A stretch of DNA of 51,467 nt from NCBI GenBank assembly GCA_039930265.1, contig JBDSPO010000148.1, positions 1 to 51,467 of the forward strand, given 5' to 3'. A program made the translations under genes and the position numbers. The notes beneath the pieces were generated by a model that saw only the letters and a program-made list of their open reading frames with translations, was not told the origin of the DNA and searched no databases. The stretch is from Lysobacter sp. GTDB taxonomy: Bacteria; Pseudomonadota; Gammaproteobacteria; Xanthomonadales; Xanthomonadaceae. This document shows, in pieces, positions 18,877-28,235 of the stretch (positions within the stretch are counted from its first letter, which is position 1; every line of letters begins with the position of its first letter).

Positions 18877-21069
18877 TCATCCGCACAGTTTGGCCAACAG
18901 GCAGGACTGCGCCGAATGCGCCGGCGCGTCCGCGTCCCGGGGGATCTCCAGGTATCCGCCGTCCGGCTGCAGCTCCCAGGCGTTGAGATTGTCGTCCAGG
19001 TAGTTGGCGAGTGCCTCGTCGAACACACGCTGCGCGAGCACCGGATCGATGATCGGGAAGCAGCTCTCGACCCGGCGCAACAGGTTGCGCTCCAGCCAGT
19101 CCGCGCTCGCGCAGAAAAGTTCGGGGCTGCCGTTATTGCCGAACCAGTAGACGCGGCTGTGCTCCAGAAAGCGGCCGACGATGGATCGCACGCGGATGTT
19201 CTCGCTGATGCCCGGCACGCCGGGACGCAGCGCGCAGGCGCCACGCACGATCAGTTCGATCTGCACGCCCGCCTGGGAGGCGCGGTACAGCGCCCGGATC
19301 ACCTGCGCCTCGTTGAGCGCGTTCATCCGCGCCACGATCCGGGCCGGGCGCCCGGCCACGGCATGTGCGGTCTCCCGGTCGATGCGCTGCAACATGCCCG
19401 CGTGCAGCGTGAACGGCGATTGCAGCAACCGCTTGAGCGTGATCGACGGCGCCAGACCGGACAGTTGCTGGAAGATCAGGTGCACGTCCTCGCCAATGTC
19501 CGGATGGGCGGTGATCAGGCCCAGATCGGTGTACAGACGTGCAGTCCCCGCGTGGTAGTTGCCGGTTCCCAGATGCACGTAGCGGCGCAGTTTGCGGCCT
19601 TCGCGCCGCACCACCAGCATCATCTTGGCGTGGGTCTTGTAGCCGACCACCCCATAGACCACCTGCACGCCGGCCTCCTGCATGCGGTCGGCGAAACCCA
19701 GGTTGGCTTCCTCGTCGAAACGGGCCCGCAGTTCGACCACCGCGGTCACGTCCTTGCCGTTGCGGGCGGCCTGGATCAGTGCCGCCACGATCGCGGAGTC
19801 CTTGCCCGAGCGGTACAGGGTCTGCTTGATGGCGAGCACCGCCGGGTCTTCGGCGGCCTGCCGCAGCAGCTCCAGCACCGGAGTGAACGCGTCGTAGGGG
19901 TGGTGCAGCAGCACATCGCCGGCCGCCACCGTCTCGAACATGCGCTCGATACCGGGCAGGGCACGCGGCTGGAACGGGGGGAACTTCAGGTCGGGGCGGT
20001 CGACGAGTTCGTAGACCTGGATGACCCGGTTGAGATTGACCGGCCCCTGGATGCGGTAGACGGCCTCGGCGGGCAAATCGAACTTCTCCAGCAGCTCGCT
20101 GACGATCGGCTCCGGACAGGTCGCGGCGATCTCCAGCCGGACCGCCCGCAGATACCCGCGTCCGACAAGTTCATCGCGCAGGGCCAGCGCGAGGTTGTCG
20201 ACCTCTTCCTCGTCGACCAGCAACTCGGAGTTGCGGGTCACCCGGAACTGGTAGGCGCCCAGCACCTCCATACCCGGGAAAAGTTCGTCCACAAAGCTGG
20301 CCAGCACCGCGGACAGGAACACGAAGTCCGCAGGTCCGCCGCTGACCCGCGGCGGCACGGCGATGATGCGCGACAGTGACCGCGGGGCGCGCACGATCGC
20401 CAGACCCCCATTGCGGCCAAAGGCATCGCGCCCTTTCAGCACGACCACGATATTCAGCGACTTGTTGAGGATCTTGGGGAACGGGTGCGCCGGGTCCAGG
20501 CCGAGCGGCGACAGCACCGGCATGATTTCCTCACGGAAGTAGGCGCGCAGCCAGCGCGTCTGGCGTGCGCTCCAGTTACCGCGGGCCAGCACCCGCACCC
20601 CCGCCTCGGCCAGCGCCGGCCGCAGCACCTGATTCCAGCATTCGTATTGGGCTTCAACCAGCTGCCCGGCCTGCTCGTGGATGCGGCTCAGCACGGTGGC
20701 CGCGGACAGGCCGTCGGGACCCGGGGGCATGCCCACGCTGTGGGCGTGCTGCAGGCTGCCGGCGCGGATCTCGAAGAACTCGTCCAGGTTGGTGCAGCTG
20801 ATGCAGAGGAACTTCAGCCGTTCCAGCAGCGGGACCTGGTCATCCTGCGCCTGTGCCAGCACGCGGAAATTGAACGCCAGTTGCGAGAGCTCGCGATTGA
20901 AGTACAGCGAGGGCGCCGCCAGCAGGTCCGCGTTGGCGTCGTCGTCAACCGCGCCCGGATCCTCATCCCGAACTTTGTGCTCCCGGTCGGCGTGCTCGGG
21001 CGCGGAGTGCTCCCGCTCGCCGTGAACGGCTGCCTGCAGTTTGGGCGAGGGGACTTGGGGAGCGTTCAT
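18877..21069 (-). CDS. ppk1: Polyphosphate kinase 1
   Basis: NRELSQLAFNFRVL, HPFP, LHHPY, KTHAK, GTGNY and RFLEHSR motifs. Confidence 0.98.
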   Translation of the reverse strand: MNAPQVPSPKLQAAVHGEREHSAPEHADREHKVRDEDPGAVDDDANADLLAAPSLYFNRELSQLAFNFRVLAQAQDDQVPLLERLKFLCISCTNLDEFFEIRAGSLQHAHSVGMPPGPDGLSAATVLSRIHEQAGQLVEAQYECWNQVLRPALAEAGVRVLARGNWSARQTRWLRAYFREEIMPVLSPLGLDPAHPFPKILNKSLNIVVVLKGRDAFGRNGGLAIVRAPRSLSRIIAVPPRVSGGPADFVFLSAVLASFVDELFPGMEVLGAYQFRVTRNSELLVDEEEVDNLALALRDELVGRGYLRAVRLEIAATCPEPIVSELLEKFDLPAEAVYRIQGPVNLNRVIQVYELVDRPDLKFPPFQPRALPGIERMFETVAAGDVLLHHPYDAFTPVLELLRQAAEDPAVLAIKQTLYRSGKDSAIVAALIQAARNGKDVTAVVELRARFDEEANLGFADRMQEAGVQVVYGVVGYKTHAKMMLVVRREGRKLRRYVHLGTGNYHAGTARLYTDLGLITAHPDIGEDVHLIFQQLSGLAPSITLKRLLQSPFTLHAGMLQRIDRETAHAVAGRPARIVARMNALNEAQVIRALYRASQAGVQIELIVRGACALRPGVPGISENIRVRSIVGRFLEHSRVYWFGNNGSPELFCASADWLERNLLRRVESCFPIIDPVLAQRVFDEALANYLDDNLNAWELQPDGGYLEIPRDADAPAHSAQSCLLAKLCG

Positions 21070-22424
21070 TGCAAGGTCTCGCGGGCAGTGGGGTGGGCCG
21101 GGAAGGACGGCCGCGGACGCAGCTGGGCGGCACTGAAATGGCAGGCGAAGCGGCTGCCTACGTCGATTCGGCTGTGGACTTCCAGACGTGCCTGATGGCG
21201 CTGCAGAACGTGCTTGACGATCGCCAGCCCCAGACCGGTGCCCCCGCTGGCGCGCGAGCGGCTGGTCGATACCCGGTAGAAGCGTTCGGTCAGCCGCGGC
21301 AGGTGCTCGGCGGCAATGCCGTGACCGCTGTCAATGACCTCCAGCACGACACCGCCGGGTGCGTTGGCATCCCGCTCTTCGGGGCGGAACAGGATTTCCA
21401 CCGCGCCGCCGGGGGGGGTGTGACGAAGCGCGTTGCCGACCAGATTGGAGAAGGCGCTGAGCAGTTCCGTCGGCGATCCCCACAGGTCCACACCGGCCTT
21501 GTCGACGACCGAGATCCGGTGGCTGCCCTGATCCAGCGCCAGCGCTTCCCGTCGCAGCGTGTCGAGCATCGCGGCCATCGGCACCCGTTCGGCAACCGGT
21601 CCGCTGTCTCCCGACTCCAACCGCGACAGGGCCAGCAGATCCTCCACCAGCTGTGCCATGCGGTAAGACTGGCGCTGCATTTCGCCCAGCACCGGTGCCA
21701 GACCGCTGTGCTCATCGGGATCGATCATGTCCAGGTAGCCGTGGATCACCGTCAGCGGCGTGCGCAGTTCGTGGGAGACGTTGGCGACGAAGTCCCGGCG
21801 CATCTGCTCCAGGTGCAGCAGTCGGCTCACGTCGCGCGCGACCAGCAACCACAGGTTTTCCGAATACGGAATCAGCCGCATGCTCAGCCGGACGGCGTCA
21901 TCCACCGGACTGGCGACGTCCAGGGCCTCCGCGTGGCGACCGCTGGCAAGCCATCGCGCCAGCGGCAGCGGGCGCAGACGCTGCACCAGGGGCACGCCGA
22001 TGTCGGCCGGGTAGCGCAGGCCGAGCAGGGCGCTGCCCGCCTGGTTGAACCACTGCACCCGCTGGCTATTGCGCTCCACCACCACGACCGCATCCGGCAG
22101 CGCCGCGGCTGCGGCCCGGTAGGCGCGGAGCATTTCCAACAGCCTGCGCTTGCGCAGCCGACGTTGGCGCTGCTCGCGATGCTGCAGCCGGTCCAGCGCG
22201 TTCCATGCCCCCGCCTGCTCGGACACGCGCGGCCAGCGGCGGCCACCCAGACGTTGCAGCACCTTGTGCAGCCGCCAGTGCTGCCAGCCCAGCATCGCGA
22301 CGGCAGCCATCGCCACCGCGGGCCACGGGTGGCCGGCTGCCAAGCCGCCCAGCGTGGCAAGACCGAGGCCGGCCAGGCTCATGCCCAGGGTGTGCAACCA
22401 AGCGGTGCGGATGACAGCCATCAT
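21066..22424 (-). CDS. phoR: Phosphate regulon sensor kinase
   Basis: PAS-like region, FVANVSHELRTPL, ERFYRV..SRSR..GGTGLGL; stop overlaps the ppk1 start. Confidence 0.95.
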   Translation of the reverse strand: MMAVIRTAWLHTLGMSLAGLGLATLGGLAAGHPWPAVAMAAVAMLGWQHWRLHKVLQRLGGRRWPRVSEQAGAWNALDRLQHREQRQRRLRKRRLLEMLRAYRAAAAALPDAVVVVERNSQRVQWFNQAGSALLGLRYPADIGVPLVQRLRPLPLARWLASGRHAEALDVASPVDDAVRLSMRLIPYSENLWLLVARDVSRLLHLEQMRRDFVANVSHELRTPLTVIHGYLDMIDPDEHSGLAPVLGEMQRQSYRMAQLVEDLLALSRLESGDSGPVAERVPMAAMLDTLRREALALDQGSHRISVVDKAGVDLWGSPTELLSAFSNLVGNALRHTPPGGAVEILFRPEERDANAPGGVVLEVIDSGHGIAAEHLPRLTERFYRVSTSRSRASGGTGLGLAIVKHVLQRHQARLEVHSRIDVGSRFACHFSAAQLRPRPSFPAHPTARETLQ

Positions 22425-22472
22425 GCGTCCAGTATCCAGCAGACAGTATCCAACAGCTTCGCGGGGCGGATT

Positions 22473-23180
22473 TCAGTCGTCCGCGGCGACCGAAAAACGG
22501 TAGCCGGCGCCGCGCACCGTCTGCAGCATGCCATCCAGGCCAAACGGTTCCAGCGCCTTGCGCACGCGACGCACGTGCACGTCCACGGTCCGCTCCTCCA
22601 CGTACACACTGCTGCCCCACACGTGATCCAGCAGTTGGGGGCGCGAATAGACGCGTTCGGAGCGGGTCATGAAAAAGTGCAGCAACCGGTATTCGGCCGG
22701 GCCGATGGGCACGGGCTGCTCGTGGCCGGGTTCACCCGCGAAGACCCGGTGGGCGGCGCCATCCACCCGCAGCGCGCCGACCCGGATACTCCCGTCCTCA
22801 TCGTCCCCGCGTGAGCGGCGCAGCACTGCGCGGATGCGCGCAAGCAGTTCCCGGGCGGAAAACGGTTTGACCACGTAATCGTCCACTCCCGCCTCCAGCC
22901 CGCCGACACGGTCGTCCTCCTCCCCGCGCGCGGTCAGCATGATGATCGGAATGTCGCGGGTGAGCTCGTCCCGGCGCCAGCGACGGGCCAGCTCGATGCC
23001 GCTCGTGCCGGGCAGCATCCAGTCCAGCAGGATGAGGTCGGGGACGCTGGCCGCGATCGCGAGCTCGGCCTCACGCGCGTCACCTGCGCCGATCGGCTCA
23101 AAATCCCCGCGGGACAGCGCAAACGCGACCATGTCGCGAATGGCGGGCTCGTCTTCGACAATCAGGATGCGCTTTTGCAC
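22473..23180 (-). CDS. phoB: Phosphate regulon response regulator
   Basis: RILIVEDE, LLDWMLPG and ERTVDVHVRR motifs; GTG start; PHO box upstream. Confidence 0.96.
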   Translation of the reverse strand: MQKRILIVEDEPAIRDMVAFALSRGDFEPIGAGDAREAELAIAASVPDLILLDWMLPGTSGIELARRWRRDELTRDIPIIMLTARGEEDDRVGGLEAGVDDYVVKPFSARELLARIRAVLRRSRGDDEDGSIRVGALRVDGAAHRVFAGEPGHEQPVPIGPAEYRLLHFFMTRSERVYSRPQLLDHVWGSSVYVEERTVDVHVRRVRKALEPFGLDGMLQTVRGAGYRFSVAADD

Positions 23181-23264
23181 GGCGTGCTCGTTGGCGGTGT
23201 AAGGGGCGGCGGGTGGCGGGCGACGTCGCCGGCACGCCGGGACGAACCACTGGACCATCGTTTC

Positions 23265-23282
23265 ATGACAGGGCGATGACCG
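23265..23282 (-). promoter_or_regulatory. PHO box upstream of phoB
   Basis: Minus strand CGGTCAT-CGCC-CTGTCAT, 11-bp period, matching the CTGTCAT repeat consensus. Confidence 0.8.
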
Positions 23283-23309
23283 CCGCCCCGGATCCCCTGG
23301 GCGCGGCGG

Positions 23310-24887
23310 TCAGCGCGGGCGCAGCACTTCGTCCCGGATGCCCTGGCGATGCAGTTCCAGTACGGTCGGGGTGATCCGGGCAATGCGCGCCTCGATCCGG
23401 GCCCGTGCGTAGTAGTCCACCTCGGGTCGCTTCTTCAACGCATTCAACTGCACCAGCGCCTGCTCGGCGCGACCGCTGAGGAAGGCGGCTTCCGCATAGG
23501 CCTCGCCGGCCCGGATCGGCTCGCCGGCGATCTCGCTGGCGCGCGCGAAGCTGCGCTGGAACTCGGGATCCTCGGACGACTGGCCCGCGAGTGGTCGCAG
23601 CACCGCCTGCGCGCGCTGGCCGGACGGAACATTGTTGCGCTCCAGCAAGGCGGCAGCGTAGGTCAGGACCACGACGCGGTTGCGCGGCAGGCGCTGCAAC
23701 AACGCTTCGAAGCGCGCATCGGCGGCCGCGCGCTGACCGCTGCGCGACTCCGCTTCCGCCAGACCAAGCTCGACCCACAGATCGGTCGGGCGTTCCGCCA
23801 GCAGTGTCCGCAACTGCTTCGCCGCCGCTGCACCTTGGCCGGCACGCAAGCGCGCGATCGACAGACCGTACTGCTGCGCCTGGTTCAGCGCGCCGCGGCC
23901 GGCGATCTGCTCATACTCGCGCACCGCGGCCGCGGGCGAATCCGCGCTGAGCACGCGCAGACGCTCACGGGCCAGCTCATAGTCGCCGGTGCCGCCGCCA
24001 CCGCCACCGCTGGGCGGAAGCATCAGCCCGTTGGGCAGCAGCGGGTTGTCGGTGGCAATCGCGCCGGGGCGGAAGCCGGTACCGCTGCTGGCAAGACGCG
24101 CTGCCCGCTCCTTCGCCTCGCTGATGCGGGTGGTGGTGACCGGGTGGGTCATCAGGTAGTCCGGGATGTCATACGCGCCGGCGGCATTCGCCCGGGAGCG
24201 CGCCTGCATCACGGTGAAGAACTCCGCCATCGCGCCGGGGTCGTAACCGGCCCGCGCAAGGGTCTGCAGGCCGATGCGATCGGCTTCGTGCTCGTTGGAG
24301 CGGGTGTAGTTGATCTGCCGTTGCTGGGCCAGGCCCATGGCCGACATGATCGCGGCCTGGGTGGCTTCACCCGATGAGCTGCCGCCGGCCGCCTGGGCGG
24401 CAACGATTGCGCCCAGCATGCCCAGCAGGATGGGCAACTGGTCGCGCTGCGCCCGTTCCGCCCCGCGCAGCACGTGCTGCTGGGTGACGTGCGAAATCTC
24501 GTGGGCGAGCACCCCGGCGACCGCGTCTTCCCGGTCCGCCGCCAGGATCAGCCCTGCGTTGACCCCGATGTAGCCACCCAGGGTCGCGAATGCGTTGATC
24601 TGGCGCTCGCGCAGCATGAAGAAAGTGAAGGCCTGCGTGGGCCGGTCGCTGCTGGCGCCGAGACGGGCACCGAGCGCATCCAGCCAGCTGTCGATCAGCG
24701 GGTCTTCCAGGATGTAGTCGTAGTGGCGCAGTTGCGCCAGCATCATGCCGCCGTATTCCTCCTGCTGGGCGGGCGTCAGCAGCTCTCCGGCCGAGGAGCC
24801 GATGTCGGGCAGCGAGTCCTGTGCGGGGGCACACACGCTGGCCAAGGCGAGGGTCACGGCGGCGGTAAGCACGATCAGACGGCGCAA
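23310..24887 (-). CDS. bepA: M48 metalloprotease with TPR-like C-terminus (BepA/YfgC)
   Basis: Signal peptide, INAFA, HEISH, EADRIG and THP motifs; TTG start with AGGAG SD. Confidence 0.9.
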   Translation of the reverse strand: MRRLIVLTAAVTLALASVCAPAQDSLPDIGSSAGELLTPAQQEEYGGMMLAQLRHYDYILEDPLIDSWLDALGARLGASSDRPTQAFTFFMLRERQINAFATLGGYIGVNAGLILAADREDAVAGVLAHEISHVTQQHVLRGAERAQRDQLPILLGMLGAIVAAQAAGGSSSGEATQAAIMSAMGLAQQRQINYTRSNEHEADRIGLQTLARAGYDPGAMAEFFTVMQARSRANAAGAYDIPDYLMTHPVTTTRISEAKERAARLASSGTGFRPGAIATDNPLLPNGLMLPPSGGGGGGTGDYELARERLRVLSADSPAAAVREYEQIAGRGALNQAQQYGLSIARLRAGQGAAAAKQLRTLLAERPTDLWVELGLAEAESRSGQRAAADARFEALLQRLPRNRVVVLTYAAALLERNNVPSGQRAQAVLRPLAGQSSEDPEFQRSFARASEIAGEPIRAGEAYAEAAFLSGRAEQALVQLNALKKRPEVDYYARARIEARIARITPTVLELHRQGIRDEVLRPR

Positions 24888-25083
24888 GCAGACACTCCTG
24901 GAACCGGAAACAGCGGATGGATCGCGATGAGGTGGAGGATGCGGGCTGGCGGGGTTGCGGGGGTTAATTGCGGGTTAACCGCCGACGACCACACGGCACG
25001 AACCCCGTGCTTGCGGCATTAGACTGCATGCCACGTTGGATAGGACCCCGATCCTTGCAACGAGTTCACAACAGGAGAACCCC

Positions 25084-25359
25084 TTGAACGCCACCGCCAA
25101 GCCCGAAATCCTGATCTACACCAGCGCGACGTGTCCCTACTGCGTCGCCGCCGCCAATTTCCTGAAGAGCAAGGACCTGCAGTGGAGCGAGATCCGGGTC
25201 GATCTGGATCCGGTCGCCCGCGACAAGATGGTCGCGCTGGCCAAGCGGACGAGCGTGCCGCAGATCTTTGTCGGCGACACCCATGTTGGCGGATTCGACG
25301 ACATGATGGCCCTGCATCGTGCGGGCAAGTTCGAGCCGCTGCTGGAAGGCACGGCGTAA
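25084..25359 (+). CDS. grxC: Glutaredoxin 3
   Basis: CPYC, SVPQIF and GGFDD motifs; TTG start after AGGAG. Confidence 0.92.
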   Translation: MNATAKPEILIYTSATCPYCVAAANFLKSKDLQWSEIRVDLDPVARDKMVALAKRTSVPQIFVGDTHVGGFDDMMALHRAGKFEPLLEGTA

Positions 25360-25511
25360 CCCGGACGCACTACGGCCGGATCGGCGACCAACCTGAGCGT
25401 GCGGCGCAGCGCCGGGGCGGCAGCCGCGGCGGCGATCCGGCATAATCATGGGGATAACCATTTGGCGTTGCGACATCCGCGGCGCGCCCCACAGCTGGAA
25501 GAGAATCCCAA

Positions 25512-26519
25512 ATGACGCAGACGATTACGGTCATCCGTGGCGACGGTATCGGCCCGGAAATCATGGACGCCACCCTTCACGTGCTCGACGCGATGAAGCT
25601 GGGGCTGGTGTATGAGTTCGCCGACGCCGGCCTGGTGGCCTTGGAGAAGACCGGGGAGTTGCTGCCCGCGGCGACGATGGACTCGATCCGCAAGAACCGG
25701 GTCGCATTGAAGAGCCCGCTGACCACCCCGGTGGGCGGTGGCTTCTCATCGATCAACGTCGAGTTGCGCAAGCGCTTCGACCTGTACGCCAACGTCCGTC
25801 CGGCCAAGTCGTTCCCCAACACCCTGACCCGTTTCCCGGCCGATGTGGACGTGATCACGGTGCGTGAGAACACCGAGGGCGCCTACAGCGCCGAGGGTCA
25901 GGAGACCGCCGCCGATGGTCAGAGCGCGATCTCCATCACGCGTACCACCCGCAAGGGCTCGGAGCGCATTGTCCGTTACGCCTTCGAGTTGGCCCGCTCG
26001 GCAGGCCGCAAGAAAGTCACCGTGGTGCACAAGGCCAACATCCTCAAGTCCACCTCGGGTCTGTTTCTGAAGACCGCGCGGGAAGTCGCCGTGGAGTACC
26101 CGGACATCCAGTGCGAGGAGATGATCGTCGACAACGCGTGCATGCAGCTGGTGATGCGCCCGGAACAGTTCGACGTGCTGGTCACCACCAACCTGTTCGG
26201 CGACATCATCTCGGACCTGTGTGCCGGTCTGATCGGCGGTCTTGGTCTGATTCCCGGGGCGAATATCGGTGCCGATACGGCGATCTTCGAAGCCGTCCAC
26301 GGGACCGCGCCGGATATCGCGGGGCAGGGCAAGGCCAACCCCTGCGCGTTGCTGCTCGGCGCCGCCCAGATGCTTGACCACCTCGGCATGGCCGACAAGG
26401 CCACGCGCCTGCGCGCCGCCATCGTGGCCACCCTGGAAGCCCGCGACAGCCTCACCGGCGACCTCGGCGGCACCGGCACCACCATGGGTTTCGCCCAGGC
26501 GATCGCCAGCCGGGTCTAG
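25512..26519 (+). CDS. Isocitrate dehydrogenase (short, NAD-type; isocitrate/isopropylmalate family)
   Basis: GDGIGPE, SINVELRK, RENTEG, HKANI, NLFGDIISD and EAVHGTAPDIAG motifs. Confidence 0.9.
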   Translation: MTQTITVIRGDGIGPEIMDATLHVLDAMKLGLVYEFADAGLVALEKTGELLPAATMDSIRKNRVALKSPLTTPVGGGFSSINVELRKRFDLYANVRPAKSFPNTLTRFPADVDVITVRENTEGAYSAEGQETAADGQSAISITRTTRKGSERIVRYAFELARSAGRKKVTVVHKANILKSTSGLFLKTAREVAVEYPDIQCEEMIVDNACMQLVMRPEQFDVLVTTNLFGDIISDLCAGLIGGLGLIPGANIGADTAIFEAVHGTAPDIAGQGKANPCALLLGAAQMLDHLGMADKATRLRAAIVATLEARDSLTGDLGGTGTTMGFAQAIASRV

Positions 26520-26565
26520 TCGACCCGATCAAAGCTTTACGTCCGCAGTTGGTATTTCGGACCTG

Positions 26566-26596
26566 ACGGGGTGCCAACGGCACCCCGTTTTTTTTT
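26566..26596 (+). terminator. Intrinsic terminator of idh
   Basis: ACGGGGTGCC-AAC-GGCACCCCGT stem ending in a run of 9 T. Confidence 0.92.
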
Positions 26597-26661
26597 GGAG
26601 CTGGCCCGGTGGCGAACAGGGCAGGGGAATTGCGCCGATCCGGGCAGTGGAGTCCGGGAAC

Positions 26662-26688
26662 AGAAAAGGGCGCCGAAGCGCCCTTTCC
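26662..26688 (-). terminator. Intrinsic terminator of the BI-1 gene
   Basis: AAAGGGCGC stem with a UUCG loop on the minus strand, followed by T's. Confidence 0.8.
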
Positions 26689-26708
26689 GGTGAATGCGGG
26701 ATCGCCGC

Positions 26709-27464
26709 TCAGCGCGACTGCAGCTTCGACAGCAGCCGCAGGAACTCCACGTACAGCCACACCAGCGTCACCATCAGGCCGAAGGCGCCGTACCACTCCA
26801 TGTGCTTGGGCGCACCGTTGTCCACGGCGGTCTCGATGAAGTCGAAGTCCAGCACCAGGTTGAGCGAGGCGACCACCACCACGACAAGGCTGAAGCCGAT
26901 GCCGACGATGCCCGATTCGTGGACCATCGGAAGATCGATGCCGAACAATCCCAGCACCATGCTGGCGAGGTAGACCAGGAAGATACCGCCGGTCGCGGCT
27001 ACCACGCCGAGCTTGAACTTCTCGGTGACCTTGATCATCCCGCTGCGGTAGGCGAACAGCATCGCAAACAGCGTGCCGAAGGTCAGCAGCACCGCCTGCA
27101 TGACGATGCCCTCGTACATGTGGTTGAACATCGCCGAGATCGCGCCCAGGAAGAACCCTTCCACCAGTGCGTACAGCGGGGCGGTGATCGGCGCCCATTC
27201 CTTCTTGAAGATGGTGGCGAACGCCAGCACCAGACCGCCAATCAGACCACCCCACATGTAGGGACCGGCGCCGACGATCCCCGCCGGGGTGCTGACCTGG
27301 CTCCACGCGAACGAGGCCGTGAGGATGCACAGCAGCAACAGCGTGCCGGTCTTGTTGACCGTACCGTTGAGGGTCATCACGTCATTGCCGCCGCGCACGA
27401 CGGTGCCGCTGTTGATGTCGAGGAAGCTGGAGTCCTTCAACGCGGGATTGCTGCTGCGGATCAT
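26709..27464 (-). CDS. Bax inhibitor-1/YccA family membrane protein
   Basis: About seven TM segments; MT..GTVNKT, LVLDFDFIE and VWLYVEFLRLL motifs. Confidence 0.92.
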   Translation of the reverse strand: MIRSSNPALKDSSFLDINSGTVVRGGNDVMTLNGTVNKTGTLLLLCILTASFAWSQVSTPAGIVGAGPYMWGGLIGGLVLAFATIFKKEWAPITAPLYALVEGFFLGAISAMFNHMYEGIVMQAVLLTFGTLFAMLFAYRSGMIKVTEKFKLGVVAATGGIFLVYLASMVLGLFGIDLPMVHESGIVGIGFSLVVVVVASLNLVLDFDFIETAVDNGAPKHMEWYGAFGLMVTLVWLYVEFLRLLSKLQSR

Positions 27465-27540
27465 AGGTACGCCCCCCTGGGGCCGAAAAGGTAGGTCTGG
27501 GCCGAGCATACACCGCTGCACCGGCCTTTCTCATGAACCG

Positions 27541-27569
27541 TTGACACCGTCGGCAGGCACCGCCAGAAT
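27541..27569 (+). promoter_or_regulatory. sigma70 promoter of the tRNA cluster
   Basis: TTGACA-17 nt-CAGAAT followed by a GC-rich discriminator. Confidence 0.8.
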
Positions 27570-27611
27570 GGTCGGCCTTTCGCGGCATTGGCGTGCAACG
27601 AAAGCCCGGAT

Positions 27612-27688
<77 letters not shown>

Positions 27689-27721
27689 ACTTGTTCGACG
27701 GCGTCGGTATGATTACCACAG

Positions 27722-27798
27722 GCGCCCGTAGCTCAACCGGATAGAGCACTAGCCTTCTAAGCCAGTGGTTGCAGGTTCAAGTCCTGCCGGGCGCGCCA
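27722..27798 (+). tRNA. tRNA-Arg(UCU)
   Basis: Cloverleaf, anticodon TCT, CCA; one A-C mismatch in the anticodon stem. Confidence 0.93.
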
Positions 27799-27827
27799 CT
27801 CGTGCGATACTTGTCTGCAGTGGTTTT

Positions 27828-27857
27828 GTTGTCGTTTTACCCGTTGTCGTTTTACCT
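27828..27857 (+). repeat. 15-bp tandem duplication in a tRNA spacer
   Basis: GTTGTCGTTTTACCC then GTTGTCGTTTTACCT. Confidence 0.85.
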
Positions 27858-27860
27858 GTG

Positions 27861-27937
27861 GTGGATGTAGCTCAGTCGGTTAGAGCATCGGATTGTGATT
27901 CCGAGGGTCGCGGGTTCGAATCCCGTCTTCCACCCCA
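27861..27937 (+). tRNA. tRNA-His(GUG)
   Basis: Cloverleaf, anticodon GTG, C73, encoded G-1 at 27860, CCA. Confidence 0.96.
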
Positions 27938-27975
27938 CTTTTTCGGGAATTGTCCTGTACAATTCCGCGTGTTCC

Positions 27976-28051
27976 GGGCCGTTAGCTCAGTTGGTAGAGC
28001 AGTTGACTCTTAATCAATAGGTCGATGGTTCGAATCCATCACGGCCCACCA
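27976..28051 (+). tRNA. tRNA-Lys(CUU)
   Basis: Cloverleaf, anticodon CTT, CCA. Confidence 0.97.
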
Positions 28052-28059
28052 GATAGAAC

Positions 28060-28092
28060 GGGCGCCAGGGACCAGTCCCCGGCGCCTTTTTT
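28060..28092 (+). terminator. Intrinsic terminator after tRNA-Lys
   Basis: GGCGCC-A-GGGAC / GTCCC-C-GGCGCC stem followed by T6. Confidence 0.85.
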
Positions 28093-28148
28093 ATGCCCGT
28101 CGCGGGGTCAATCGCCGGTAGTGCACGGCCCTGCAAGCAGTTCAGCAC

Positions 28149-28235
28149 GCGAAAGTGGCGGAATTGGTAGACGCCCTGGCTTTAGGTGCCAGTGGGAGAA
28201 ATCCCGTGGGGGTTCGAGTCCCCCCTTTCGCACCA
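28149..28235 (+). tRNA. tRNA-Leu(UAG)
   Basis: Class II cloverleaf with long variable arm, anticodon TAG, CCA. Confidence 0.97.

Noticed and set aside
17336-23282. phoB-phoR-ppk1-ppx as a novel operon
   Set aside because: To my knowledge this is a familiar arrangement in Xanthomonadaceae; it is recorded as features only.
27800-27860. CRISPR-like repeat
   Set aside because: Only two adjacent 15-bp copies, with no spacers and no cas genes.
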